DNA of 63,580 bases, counting the filler, from Phoronis australis (Eukaryota > Animalia > Phoronida): NCBI GenBank assembly GCA_002633005.1. It is 5 parts of 5 records of this genome, joined end to end, with 100 filler letters (N's around TTAATTAATTAA, not from the genome) between each part and the next. Parts side by side here need not be neighbours in the genome. Positions count along the whole stretch, not along the records: positions 1 to 28,672 come from NMRA01001233.1; positions 28,773 to 38,316 come from NMRA01001810.1; positions 38,417 to 45,520 come from NMRA01002072.1; 2 more parts are not named here. One strand, 5' to 3'. The position numbers and the translations under genes were made by a program. The notes beneath the pieces were generated by a model. The model saw nothing but the letters and a program-made list of their open reading frames with translations. It ran no database searches and was not told where the DNA came from. Of this stretch, positions 26,960 through 40,002 are shown piece after piece. Numbering within the stretch: the stretch's first letter is position 1; every line of letters starts with the position of its first letter.

Positions 26960-28495
26960 GCCACACAACCCAACGTTTCATTACTGGAAAATTGTTCCTT
27001 GATAAAAATAGGTGCACATTTGGGCTTGAAATTCCCTAGCATGCTGTTACTCGTTGAGACTTATACTGCTTTTATCCGACCTATAATGTCCTACAGGTAT
27101 GCTCTGTCGGTATGGGTAACGGCATTAAAACGGATTACAATTATCAACAAACTTCGGCAGCTGCAACGTCTAGCTTGTCTGTGCATAAACTCTACTTTTC
27201 CAGGAACGCCTTCTGCAGCCCTAGCAATGCTAATCGGTCTACCACCACTGAACATATACCTTGAGGGTTAAGCTGCATGTGCTGCACTTGGTCTCAGATA
27301 CATGTATAATGGTCAGTGGGTGAAAACTAACATCCCTGACTCCGTTGCACACAGAAGACACAGGAATGCTTGCAATAAGCTAATGGCCAAGCCTGGGCAA
27401 CTATGGAACATGCCTAGTGATGTCCAGGTCACAGCTTTAAATCACGCAAACAATTTCTTCACGGAAATTGGCGATGGATGGCCTACCACAGAACACAAGA
27501 ATGAGGTGGTTTGTTATACGGACGGCTCTAAACTGGAAAATGGCCAGACAGGTGCTTGAATCTACTTTCCAAGCCTTCCTGTTGTAGATGCAGAAAACTG
27601 GGTATCGCTAGGCAATCTTGCCACGGTATTTCAGGCTGAGATCACTGTAATTAATAGAGCTGCTCAACTGGCACAACAATATAACACTGAACTTGGCAAT
27701 TGGCCAGTTACCATCTTTTCAGAGTGCCAGGCAGCAATAAAAGCCCTAAAGAAACTAAGGGTCAACTCTCGTTGTGTTAATGCTTGTATTAATGAGCTTA
27801 ACAAGCTTGCAATAGAAAGAACCGTCAAAATACGCTGGGTCAGGGCCCATGCGAGAATTGATGGCAATGAGAATGCAGACAGACTCGCAAATATGGGAGC
27901 AAGCGTTCTGCATTTTGTGCCTGAACCTGCTATCCCGGTATCTTACGGATGTTGCAGGATGAGTATACGCAACTGGGTACATACCTAGTCAGCAGCCCAG
28001 TGGGCATCACTTAACTCCTGCAGAGAGTCCGAGGAGAATTTTCCCAACTTGATCGAACCAAAATGTTCAAAAAGCCATCTGAGTCTAGATAGATTGGGTA
28101 TAAGACACGTCATTCAAATTTTGACGGGCCACTGCAACCTAGCCCGACACAGACACATTACTGGGCATATAGGGAGCCCTGTGTGTCCTGAGTGTGGTAC
28201 TGAGGTAGAATCTCCTAAATACCTGGTCGAGTCTTGCCCAGCTTTTTACAGGCTAAGGAGCAACCTACTGGATGGCACTGTTACATGCCTACAACATGTA
28301 GTGCGTGGCAACAAATGGAAATGTCTTTCCCTTTTCCTAAAGGAGACTGGCAGACTTGAAAACGTTCTTCACGAGGAGCCATAATTCGGGTCTCGTGCAT
28401 AAGCTCTGGTGTTTTGTGCAATGGGCCCAACCATGAGGCCTGCGCACGTCTGATGCACCGCAAATGACATCAGACCACCTGCACTGCTTTTTTTT
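26960..28495 (+). mobile_element. 5'-truncated non-LTR retrotransposon, LOA-like, ORF2 C-terminus with RNase H (inactive)
   Basis: One reading frame to 28384 with three in-frame stops (27269, 27557, 27986). Motifs: LQRLACLCI..TPSAAL..LIGLPPL; RNase H YTDGSK / TVFQAE / IFSEC / WVRAH..IDGNENAD; LTGHC and CPEC knuckle. Structured 3' UTR ending in a T tract. Confidence 0.88.
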
Positions 28496-28672
28496 ACTCC
28501 TTGAGAAAGTCTGGCCATGACAATTTATCCACCTAACGTGGTCTAAACCATAATGAACTGCCATTTCTTTGCAAGACCAAAAAATAATTCTCAAATGAAT
28601 AATGGGAAAACAGAAATCAATTCCATACTGGTAAGTGGTTAAAAACAAAAGTTAAGTTGCTTGAATAGAACA

Positions 28673-28772
28673 NNNNNNNNNNNNNNNNNNNNNNNNNNNN
28701 NNNNNNNNNNNNNNNNTTAATTAATTAANNNNNNNNNNNNNNNNNNNNNNNNNNNNNNNNNNNNNNNNNNNN
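28673..28772. other. Assembly spacer N44-TTAATTAATTAA-N44
   Basis: Exactly 100 nt with a six-frame stop linker; identical at four places. Confidence 0.98.
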
Positions 28773-28819
28773 GTTGATCCATTTTTGTTGTTTTATTTAC
28801 CTATTTATATTCTGTATTT

Positions 28820-28894
28820 ATGTACGTATGTATGTATGCATGTATGTACGTATGTATGCATGTATGTATGTATGTATGTATGTATGTATGTATG
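28820..28894. repeat. (TGTA)n microsatellite, resuming at about 29102-29155
   Basis: Direct inspection. Confidence 0.9.
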
Positions 28895-29101
28895 TGTTCA
28901 CGAGTGTTTTAACGTTTTGCAGATGTTCCACTGTTTGTAAGTGTTTTTACTACTGCGCATGCTTATATGTCACGTGAGAGTTAGTCGAAATAAAGAGTCG
29001 ATATCGTTAAAGTAAAAGAAGGGCGTTGTTATTATTTTGTTATCGTGTTTCATCGTAAATCGTTTTTAAAAATAAGAATATAGTTGTGCACCATCGGCAC
29101 A
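28895..29101 (+). mobile_element. Probable solo LTR inserted in the microsatellite
   Basis: 207 bp, TGTT...ACA ends, internal TATA-like and AATAAA motifs, flanked by GTATG/GTATG. The TSD is weak evidence inside a microsatellite. Confidence 0.45.
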
Positions 29102-31352
29102 GTATGTATGTGTGTATGTGTGTATGTATGTGAGTGTGTATTTATATACGTATGTGATAGTCTTTCTCCACAGTTGTCGTGTAACTCACCTTAAAGCGTA
29201 CATGTACGTGTAGTTCACGCTCCGTGTTTACAAGACTTTGTAAGCAGTTTTCAAATTTTCCTCCAAACTCTGGGTTACCGAGGATTGCAGAGCATTATTT
29301 TGATTCTGAGGACTGAATGTAAAGTAATTTTTGATATCTGAGAATTGGCCAAAATCGCGGGTTTGATATCTTTAGATGTTGTGCGACCGCGCCTCTATTT
29401 GGCACGCGCTCCGTAATCCCACTTTCTTGCAAAAAAGCAAGAATTCGCAAGATTTCGCGAGACATCATTGTTGCCACGTACTGCAAGCGAAACACGTAAC
29501 AACACTAACTGTGCTAGCGAGATTCTTGCCCCTGCGACACTCTTCAATGAAATGATAATTGAACGAAGGAAAGTTGTAATGATCCGTCCTCGCGCCGAGG
29601 GAGTAACAGTGCAAGTCTCCTGCATTTAACTACTCCTGTGACGCAAACGGCAACACTTTATATTAGAACATGTTATAATAAACAATTGACAGGCCAGCAA
29701 AATCTTTCATACCATTGCCAGTAAATATCTCAGTATCCAACTAAATGATGTAATAATTTAAATGCACCATACAGTTATAACAACTATAAGAACCTTAACT
29801 ATCATTAGCATGTACAAAACTATAATTTATAACATACATGTATTAACAAAGTTGAACTTGGTGCACCAACTCAGCACGTCAAATTGCAAAAAATCATTGC
29901 TGAGGGAATGGCCAGAAATACAAGCGCATACAATTTCTTCAGTTGTTCCACATGACATAATTTTTTTAAAGATTGAATACCTCGAGAAATTTATCAAGAA
30001 TTCCAGTTACCGTTTTTGGGTAACTGCGCAAAATGACAAGCGTAGGTTGTAGTCCGACATGGTGTGGGTTTAAAAGATGAAAAGTGACGACCTTCTGAAA
30101 TTAAACCGAACAGCACGGAAGAATTAAGCTTTAATTAACTTCTGCAACCAGTACCAGTAATACCGACTGTCTGGCAGAGGTGTTGCATGTGCGTTATGCA
30201 ACATTACATTTGATTGTCCGACTTCTTCATGGAATTGGCTATTATCCTAAGATACCAACTATCAGTTCGTAACAACTGGAAATTGCGATCTCGTTATTTG
30301 GGTGGCAAACAATAAATAAAATAGAAAATAACATGTCGGTAAATATCATATTAGATATATGAGTCAGAGAGGTTATGGATTAAAACCGCAAATCCAATGT
30401 TTGGCACATTCTTGTAGCAGATCTGTTTAATAGCATTTTGACAAAACAAATAAAGGGTCCTTTGTAAATAAAATGAACACGGTGACTTGAAAATAACAAA
30501 AATGGTGACTCATATCTGCATGTAGTACCAGTGAGTTAAAAGTTGAAGTACATTGTAATTCACGACAAGCCTTAGAACCGCGATGTTCTACTCCAAATTG
30601 TACGTAACGACTTCCACGCAAACTCAGCAAAGACATGAATATTATGCACACACAATATTTACAAAATCACGTTCAAGTGACTTTAGAACAAAGAAAATCT
30701 CGTAACAAAATGACGTAAATTCGTCACCACAGTTACAGTCTAGTATCTTCCGTTTCAGGCGTCTCTTTTTCTTCAACATACATCTCATCGATTGGCACCA
30801 CCCAACCTGCAAACGCATTACTATAAGGTAACAGACGATGACAAAAAGAGCATTTTTAAAAATGCAAAATAGCAAAATTGCTCACATCACTTCTCCATTA
30901 CCGGAGCTGAAATTCAACCTGTGTCGCAAAATCACGTCAAAAAATCTCATTTGTAAGCAATCCTAGACATGCTTGTTAAGACCAACGCAAAATGAGTGAC
31001 AGATAGGTCACTCAGTTGATTGCATTGGTCTAACTGTGGAAGTGCCCTTGTGCCACATTTGCTTTGTGTTTGTGGAACTGCCGCAATAGTACTGCGGTGG
31101 GCGTGGTCAGGCAGAGAGTTTGCTCGCCCAGTTAGCGAAGTGGAGAAAAGGTCCGCCTCAGAGAAACAAAAAGTCCCAGATAACGAGACAAAAAGTCCAC
31201 TAAAAAGGCGCAAACGCACAATGCGCAGCTCTGGACGTGGTACCTAGTTTATTTATTTTTTTTATTTTTTTAGCCCTTTCGCCTCTTTTTTCGGTCCACG
31301 TCGTCGGAAATTCGAGTTCCCCATATTAAAGGCTTGTTGCGCGCAAAGAAAA

Positions 31353-31511
31353 CTAGTCTCGCCTACCACTATATTCGTCCAGCGTCGCGACTGCCTTGAC
31401 GTTGCCCTTAAACATCTCTTGCATGGATAGCTCATCTCCCAGGATTTCATCATCTGGAACGGGGTTGCCCTGGCCATTCTCAGTACCACTCTGAGGTTCA
31501 CTATCTAAACC
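31353..31511 (-). CDS. Terminal exon: acidic cytoplasmic tail of a single-pass membrane protein
   Basis: cttacag|GGT TTA..., phase 0. Reads GLDSEPQSGTENGQGNPVPDDEILGDELSMQEMFKGNVKAVATLDEYSGRRD*, in frame with 32675-32881. Confidence 0.65.
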   Translation of the reverse strand, partial: GLDSEPQSGTENGQGNPVPDDEILGDELSMQEMFKGNVKAVATLDEYSGRRD

Positions 31512-32674
31512 CTGTAAGACCAGCATAGAATGAGTAGAGGCACTCAGGTATAGAACACATGGCATTGGACAATGCTATGGATACTGTGTTCCGTTTTGAT
31601 ACCACGATGGGAAACAACAGAAAGTGATTGTAGTGTCTCTTGTTGGATACGTAACAAGCCACAGCAAACTGACAGTTCCTACTTAACCCTTCTAATTTAA
31701 AAAGGAACCATCTAGGGCCAGTTTCATGACGCGGATATTTAGTGATGACGTGTCACGGCAGTAGATGACACAATTTGAACCCGGGAATAATAAGTATGTC
31801 ATCACACTGGGTCCAAGACGTCTTAATGACGTCAAAATGATGTCATGCTAAACATTCCTATCAGAGTGATAAGTTTGATATGAATCAAAAGGTTTTCTTA
31901 GCGGAAGTTGGGTTTATAACAGTTTAATGGAAACTGCCTACATTTGGCCTTTACATCAGTAAAAAAATAGCTTGTATTTTCAATGCAAAATTTAATTGCA
32001 ATCTTTACCACATGAAATAGGATATTTCCTAGAACTCGTTAATCACACAAAATAATTACTAAAAAAATCATGCCCAGCTCTATGCAGTCATGTGACCACA
32101 TATTTTCTAAGCAATCGTTAATTTCTCAAAAATCACAGCAACTTCAGAAAGGGAGGATTTCACAAAAAAACTTCCAAATTCTGATTCGTTATCCCGTAGT
32201 TACAGAGGCATGTCTGGAATGTTCTGTTTACGCCTTTTAGCCGGAGAACTAAGCAGTAAGAATATTTTTTTTTTTGAAAATTGAAGTTGCTGAAAGCTGT
32301 CATCTAAAAGGCATTCAAAAAATATTCCCAGACAAGCTATTTGAAGCCCATACAGTTAGAAACCTTACAGAATTGACAAATGTGGATTTTTTTTCATTAG
32401 GTTAAGTTGATGCGATTTAAGCGAAAATCATCATCGGACTACAGATAACTGAGCATCATATTTGAGTACGTGTTGCAGTGACGTCGATGATTGTAATATG
32501 CGGTTTAGTTATACAAATAGATTAAAATTTATTATTTCAAGATACCTGTTAAGAAACGGTATAGGTGACCAAGACATGCGTACGGAAACACATAGAATTC
32601 TGCTGGATTGGTAATTGGCAGTAATACTGCAAAACGATAGAATTTAGAAACAAATCAAGTGACCCTAACTGTAC

Positions 32675-32881
32675 CAAGATATGTCGATTACGCCGAAACT
32701 TCACGTAGATGAGGACGAGGCTGATAATGATGACGACACTAACGTCAGTTACGACCACCATGACGACCCAATGACCCTCGTTCGACTCAACTTTAGTTTC
32801 ACCCTTCTCATCGATACCCGAGTTCGCCGTCAGTTTATCGGTACCAGGATCTGGGCCATAGTCCACCAAATAATAACCATT
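32675..32881 (-). CDS. Transmembrane exon of an unidentified single-pass membrane protein
   Basis: tttatag|...|gtacag, 207 nt, phase 0-0. Hydrophobic WVVMVVVTDVSVVIIISLVLIYV is followed by the basic stop-transfer KFRRNRH. Confidence 0.72.
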
Positions 32882-32984
32882 CTATAAAGAAATCAAGCAT
32901 ATAGACTGAGTTTAAGAAGTATCGAATTCAATACTTGGGACATCTGCGTGATAAGACAGTCAATGGCGAAATATTCTATTTTAA

Positions 32985-34298
32985 AGGCGAAGGCAACCTT
33001 TTTCATGTCACTTTTAGCAAAAATAAGGTTCGTTGATTATCCCAGACACATTTTTCACTTAATTACAGCCTTTCGTAATTTGATTAATTTCTCGTCCTCT
33101 ACTCCGGAAGTGAGGTTTTGGGAGGCTAGAGTTTCGCGCCAATTTCTTTTCATTATAGTCTTGACTGTGAGAGCTGTCGAGTCAGTCATTGTTCTACCTC
33201 GGTTGTGATAAGTTCGGTCGTCGTTTGCTTTTGTTTACAAGTCAGTCAACATGCCACGCTGTTGCTGCGTGCCGGGTACTCATTATCGTCTCACACGCGC
33301 TTTGGGTACCTTGCGTCGTTTTCCGAAGGATGACACACTTCGCCGTACTTGGCTAGCTCGTTCATGTGAAGAACGCAGCGCTACCCGTCCACGCAACGCA
33401 CGAAGCAGTGAGTGGCAAAAACTTTCAGCCGTCAGATTACGACGGAGATGTGTACGCTGAATTGATGAAGGTGCCTGCGAAACAACGCATGAAGAAGGGT
33501 ACCATACCGTCGTTGTTGATTCCCGGCAGTGCCCTGTCGCCAACCCCGAGAAGTGCGTTTTTGAAGCGAGAAGCCTCGCGAGCTGTGGCCACTATATGCA
33601 GCGACTAGAGACACTTCATCTACTGTCACCCTTGCCTCCGAACGTACCCCAGAGCGTGCAATTCCGGGAACTAGCAGTGATTCGCCCTGTGCTGTTTCTA
33701 GCCCAGAGCCTGTAAGCAGCCCTGCAGCGATGTTGAGTAGTGGGAGTGAATATATAGGCCCAGTTCGACACCCAGTGAAGAGGACAGTTCGTCATCCAAT
33801 GAACAGATCGGTGAGCCTAAGTTTGATAAGTTTATTGTGGACTTGTATTGGAGCTAATTAGAAGGTGCCAGGTGTGTGGCGAGGGAGTCACACGGCGGGA
33901 TGTAAGCAGTTTGGGTGCTCAGAACACCCTCCAGTGGGAGTGTGTCGCGGGACACTCGGGCAAGTGGGATAGTTCTTCGTCTGTACGCGAGACGATAATG
34001 AGTACACCCCAGTACGCAGCAACAGCGTGGCATGTTGACTGACTCGTAAGCAAAAGCAAACGGCGACCGAATTTATCACAACCGAGGTAGATCAATGACT
34101 GACCCGACTGCTCTCACAGTCAGACTATATGAAAAGAAATTGGCGCGAAATTCTTGCCTCCCAAAACGTCACTTTCGGAGTAGACGACGAGTAATTAATT
34201 GAATTACGAAAAGCAGTAAATAAGTGACAATTATGTCTGGGATAATCAACGAACCTTATTTTTGCTAAAAATGACATGAAAAAAGGTTGCCTTCGCCT
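32985..34298 (+). mobile_element. Non-autonomous Kolobok-like transposon, family B, with about 310-bp TIRs
   Basis: TTAA on both sides (32981-84, 34299-302); ends AGGCGAAGGCAACCTT / AAGGTTGCCTTCGCCT. Contains a frameshifted THAP (MPRCCCVPG..RFPKD..LRRTWL..NFQPSDY..KKGTIPS) and a transposase zinc-binding segment (LIRRCQVCG..WECVAGHSGKWDSS). Confidence 0.9.
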
Positions 34299-37200
34299 TT
34301 AAAGGCTTATTATATTACTCGCTGTTCCCCTCCGTGCCTAGTCAGCACGCAGGTGTCACGCAGTGGTACGCGCTTTCGCGTTGGTTGATGTAACCCCGAC
34401 AGTCATTGGTTAGCTTTACAACATCGTGAAAAAATGGCAGACTATGAACGATTTTTAGCCTTGTAGTAGTAATGTAGTAATAATCTTTATTTAAAAGTCG
34501 GTGAGATTTAACAATGAAACGTAAGCACAAGTGCTATTATCCGACAAATTTAAAATCTACGAAATAAAAATACAGAGCTAAAATACAAGCTAGTTCTACA
34601 GTACGGAGAATATAGAGAACTTAAACATAAATATAAATACAAAAGTAGACGTAGTGTTTTTTTAATTTTATTCCAAACTGCAATTAGTTAGATCACATAA
34701 CCAAGTATATGTGTCAAACTTGATCGAAATAAGTGAGAACCATTCATAGGAAAACAACGTATTAGTAACATGGTTGAATTTTGTTTTCAGACAAAGGTTC
34801 GAGATGGAACCTCAAAACGCTGTTACAACTTTTTATGAAATCATTTCGTTTTGGTTTTATCTCACTTTTGGGACATCCGATTGAGCCACGTGACTCCTCC
34901 GCTTTAAAGAGTTCCCACCATGCTTTTGTTTAGGTTTGGAGGTTTCAGTAAGCTAATATGAAATGGATACTATAAAATCTAACTAAATAACAGCTTTGTA
35001 TGACAAATAGTTATGAACTTTTTAAATTTGAAGAAAAAATTGTTATTTCCAAGTTTTCCGCCAAATGATGTAATGGTGGCAGACGTTTCGTCAATTGGCA
35101 ACTCGGCAACTGCAATGACGGAGCACAGCAGATCAGAAGACGATGGCGATTTTTAACGGAAATTGTACAATTCTTATGCAAAGAAAGAGGACAGCGCGAG
35201 TATCATAATCAGGCACTACAAGAACCAGACAACGAATTTGATTTGCCACTTAACAAAATTTCGTTGCCTTTGAAACCACATGAACTCGATCCACTTGCAG
35301 GAGAAATGCCGCAGACGTATGTGAGCCACAACCAACTGAACCAAAGGTGATCAATATTCACAAAACAGACAGTTAATAATTACTGAAAAAGGTCACAGTA
35401 AACCTGGGTCACTCGTAATCACTGTTGCCATGATAGAATAGTCTTTTTTCGAGTTTATAACAATAACGCGAGATTATCCGAGACTTAACTGTGACGTCAA
35501 GGGAAGTGGGGCAAAAGCTTGTCGTTTGGCCATTTGCCCAATACTAGCAGAGCGTATTCTGTTATTTTCTTCAAAAAAATGCCAAATAAGCATTGCTGTT
35601 ATGGCAAATGAAATTCAGATTCGCACTACAATACGTTCTATCGCGTTCTTTACTAATTTCGTACGGTGTATTTTAAACGGGCGGTAGGCGAAATTCGCTC
35701 ACTGATTAAGTTTTCACCTCGTTAAAAATACATTTTACACCTAAAATCGTCACCTAAAAAGGCGCTTACTTTCTGCAGTGATCCTTTCTGCTTCTAAATA
35801 TATCTTCGATGAAGCATAACTACGGGAATTCAGGTGACTTTGGCGAAGAATTCAAACTCCACTTTGTGGTTACTGTTAACTTAGACCGCGCGCGCGATAA
35901 CCACAAAGTATTTCAACTGAGTCAGGTGAGTATAAGGCAAAGTCTAGCGCGAGACTGAGCAAAACGAGAGACCTGGCGCCTGACTCTTGTAAAATAGCAT
36001 GAGAAAATATCAAGTGTAACATTTGTGTCCCTTGGACTTTTTGTTCGTCAACATGCGTGATTTCACGTAACTTCCTCAAAAAAGCGCCCGGTGAGAGAAA
36101 CTAGAGCGAACCGCTGTTTTCATGGATATGTTCAAGTTATTTGTAGACTAAATTGTATCCAGAGTTAGGGTATGTGTTAATTATAACTCCATGTGCACAT
36201 ATGCATGTTTCATTTGATTTTACTTGCTGTATTTTGAAGTGAGTAAGTTTTTATGGAGATATGCTATCGCCCCTGGAAAGCTGTATGCCTGCGGCATTCA
36301 GGCCTAGAGCGGGTTGAGTTTCAATTTCAGTCCGTTCACAGCTTCGCACAACATAAAAAAATCAGATTTTCTTCGTCCATTCACAGTTATTCCACGACCC
36401 ATCTACCATCTCTTATGTTGTGATAACGTTTTAAGCGTAAAATTCACCACAAGAACTCCAGTAAGATTTAGCGTGTGTAGCAAAGACTCGGGGCAAAACA
36501 AGAGCAATATGGCGGGTTTTGAACCCCCTTCCGGTGACGTCACATTGACTAGCGAAAACAAGTGAGCTATTAGCACGGTCTACACACAATGCATTGATGT
36601 ATAAGCTAACGTGTTTGTATCATTCGATCTGGACCGGGGTCGAGGACTTGGCATCACTCGCTCTAGAAGGAAGCAGTTTGTTCGTTATTTATAAAATTTG
36701 GAAATACACTTACAAGGTGGCGAGTCCTTCATCGTAACTCCGCTTTTGTGTTTGGTTGAAACACGATTCCTTGTCTGAAATATGCCGAACAAAGTGTGGC
36801 TCCCGACTGATCACATATTCCACCGCGCACAAATCGTTGCCATTTCTGTGCAACTTTCACGTCCTTTGGAAATCCGAACACAGAGAGGTTTTCAGTTATG
36901 TTGCAGCCAACTCACTTGATGTCTGAAAAAGACGGCTCTCGGCGGATTTCCTCATAACTCCTCAGTATCTCACTGGTAAAAACAACGGCGGAGACCCATT
37001 ACGCACAAACCGGATAACAAAAAAAATACTTCTCTAAAAATTTTTGCCTTGTTTCTTAGCAACAGGTATACTAAATGCTATTAAATCTCTAAAGATGTAT
37101 TAAAAATTCTTTTTGAGACGCAAGGTCAAGGTTGGAACTCTTGAGAAGTTTGCATTTATGATAGTGTTCATTCGATACTATGTTCGTCCATATCTGTGTG

Positions 37201-38316
37201 ACGTTATCGTGTACATTACCACAAGTAGTAATGTCAGATTTTGCAATAAATTTTGCGGGTTAACCATACTTTGGAATAAATATTTAGACTTTCCCGTTAA
37301 ACTTCGAGGCTATTTGGATAGTCACCGACATCTTGGCAATCGTTTCCACCACATCCCCGTTCGCTCTACTCAAAATACGTCTTTTAAGACGATTTAAAAT
37401 CATCCAGTTTACACAATTCGAACTACGAACTAGTTCTCTGTGCCACTCGCGGTACACGATCTTTTCGTGATATTTACAATAAAAAGCACTTACACATCAC
37501 TATCACAAAAGTGTCATAGCGCGTGCGTTTGGCAATAACGTGTATGAATTTTGCTTGGNAAACCTCTAGGCCATAGTCCCAGCTTTCCTATCTTTCACCT
37601 CCGTGGCTACTTTTGGGGGCAACGGGAACGTTGCATTAAATTCATCTACAGATGTTCAAAAGCCAATTTCAAAAAAGTTCCCAAGAATACATTTGCACGT
37701 TTAGTAAGAATTTTAATTCAAATGTTGGAAAAATATAGCCTCAATTAGCCACCAGGTGTCAGTGCAAAAATGATCAGAACAGCCAATCAAATGCCAGAAA
37801 AATATCTTGTCCATACCTTTCCCCTTCAAAAGTCGTCTGCTTGGCATGAAAACTTTTATCAGACGACAGTCAGCTGATGTTATCCTGCTGGCTTAGCTAG
37901 TTAGCTTGTTTAATGCCACTGACTACAATGGATAGTATTAATTCTTGGATGAGTGTGCAAGAAATAGGCAATTACCTGAGGCCAAGGCTCAAAAACCAGC
38001 AGGCAGAAGTTAGGAATTGAGGAAAGCCAAGTCAAGTGGCCACGAGACACGAGTGTCATCATGATTCATAGTACTGAAACAATTCTTGCCATATTCCTGA
38101 ATCATTTTGTGTTTCGCAAAGAACAGTTTTGGGACAGCTAGGAATCTGCTGAAACCATGAATTATTGAACGAGTGTGCAACTTCACAATAGACTGGCAAG
38201 ATGTCTGCCTCTTGTTGCATTCATGTCTCTGGTTCTGCTCAAATTTTTGAGCTGGAATTTTCAGATGTTACCTGGTCTAAGGCTACTGCAAACTATTGTA
38301 TCAACATTGAGTGTGC

Positions 38317-38416
38317 NNNNNNNNNNNNNNNNNNNNNNNNNNNNNNNNNNNNNNNNNNNNTTAATTAATTAANNNNNNNNNNNNNNNNNNNNNNNNNNNN
38401 NNNNNNNNNNNNNNNN
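38317..38416. other. Assembly spacer
   Basis: N44-TTAATTAATTAA-N44. Confidence 0.98.
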
Positions 38417-39849
38417 TGTGCTTTATTGTGGAAAGCAACTTCAAGAGATCCTAATTATCTCGAAAAGATATTGTTCCATAGTAATTAGTGTTTCCCTGGC
38501 ATGCATTTACTATCCAGGAAACAATAGAATGTGAAAAGCGTCCAATAAGCAAATACAAATAACCAAAACAATTTGCGTTCAATAGCCAGTGGAACACGGC
38601 GTTTGCTCAACGGCAACGGATCCAGAACTATAACGTGGGGTCTTTTACTGAGCCACTTAAATCACTTCCTATTGCTGCAGCAGTAATTAAGGCAATTGTT
38701 GGAATTAATGTGCCCGTAATTAGACAACCAGTTGGATGCCCGTTATTGAGAGGAGAAAACTGATTTTCAAAAAGTCTGGCACATTACATCTGACCGAAAC
38801 TGTAATTAACGGAGAGAAATGTCTTTCCAAATAACCAGGATCTGTAAGACACCAAAATGGTTGCTTACCCTTTAATCACCATTTTTCAAAATGCTGTTAG
38901 GAGTTGTTTGTAAAAGGTTCGACTTTATGGCATCAAAAATGGAACTCAGAAGTTGCATAAAACAAAAAAAACAAAGCTTATTTAGAAAACTATGAATTCA
39001 AAGTGTTTTTTTGAGATTTCACCATGAATGTCGGTCAAGGTGAAATCTCAGGAATGCTACGTTTTCTCTATTACCATTTCGTTTCCTTTTATGCAACTTT
39101 TAAGTCTTTTTCATATGATTCACAAGAGTCCTATTCTTGATAGCCACTAATGCAAAAGTGAAACATACTAAAATGTTTCGAACAGCGTCTTGGAAAACAG
39201 TGCATACAGCATAGTTAGTGGAAGTTCTGTAAGACTCCAACCAGCCACTTCTGAGACATGAGGTTCCGAAGTTATACGAATTTGAATATTTTGCAAGGTC
39301 CTGCATAAGCTAAGTTTTGGCTCGCATTCAGCATCACTTGTGGACAGCTAATGCGACAAAACAACATTGGGAAAAAGAGAATGACCATTAAGTGGCAGTG
39401 GAGTAAGTCAAGGGAAAATCTGTGGCGGGAAAAACGTGAAACAATCATCTCACTTCAACTCCATCACGATACTGATGGAAAAATAATTCGGAAATGCACT
39501 TAGTCCTAATCATCTTAGAAGATTAAAGGAAAATCATATCTGACAGCTGTTACCAGTAGCAGTTTTTTAGATGCCTCGGAGCTAAAGTTGTGTTGAAAAA
39601 TAAATACGAAATTTTCCCACATGACAACAGAAGGTCCGTTAACATTTCAGCCAATAGATGAATGGCAGTTTCTCTGTTGAGAATTCACAAAATACACACG
39701 TTTGTGAGATTACGATGAATAAATCAATGTTACACGGAACAGGCAAAATTATGTCAAGAAACGTAAAATTGATTAACTCCCGAAGGTTGACAATTAACAT
39801 TAAATACCTAAGGATGGACAGCCCACCTGCTCAGGAAATTAAGACTCAC

Positions 39850-40002
39850 CTGTTGTTGATTGCTCATCAAGGATTCCAGGTAACTCAGGATGGTTGTCTT
39901 AAAGTCACGGACTCGTTTACGGTCGAACCGAGCCATCTCTTTACGGATAGTGTCGGAGAGTTTCTCAAAATCTTCTTGGCCTTTCTCAACTTTTTGCTCC
40001 CA
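39850..40002 (-). CDS. SNX1/2: Sorting nexin-1/2 BAR domain, penultimate coding exon
   Basis: ttttag|...|gtgagt, 153 nt, phase 0-0. Reads WEQKVEKGQEDFEKLSDTIRKEMARFDRKRVRDFKTTILSYLESLMSNQQQ, closely matching the recalled SNX1/SNX2 C-terminus. Missed by the ORF track. Confidence 0.93.

Noticed and set aside
5710-32881. Single Kremen-like gene joining the TM exon to the kringle/WSC exons
   Set aside because: The TM and stop exons lie upstream on the minus strand and across an assembly spacer; no CUB domain was seen.
34904-35350. Further Kolobok end (TTAA|AG) with a KPHELDP motif
   Set aside because: No matching second TIR was found, and the motif is too degenerate.
37971-37997. LPEAKAQK resembling the SNX1/2 final exon
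   Set aside because: Wrong strand, and it lacks the preceding YWExF.
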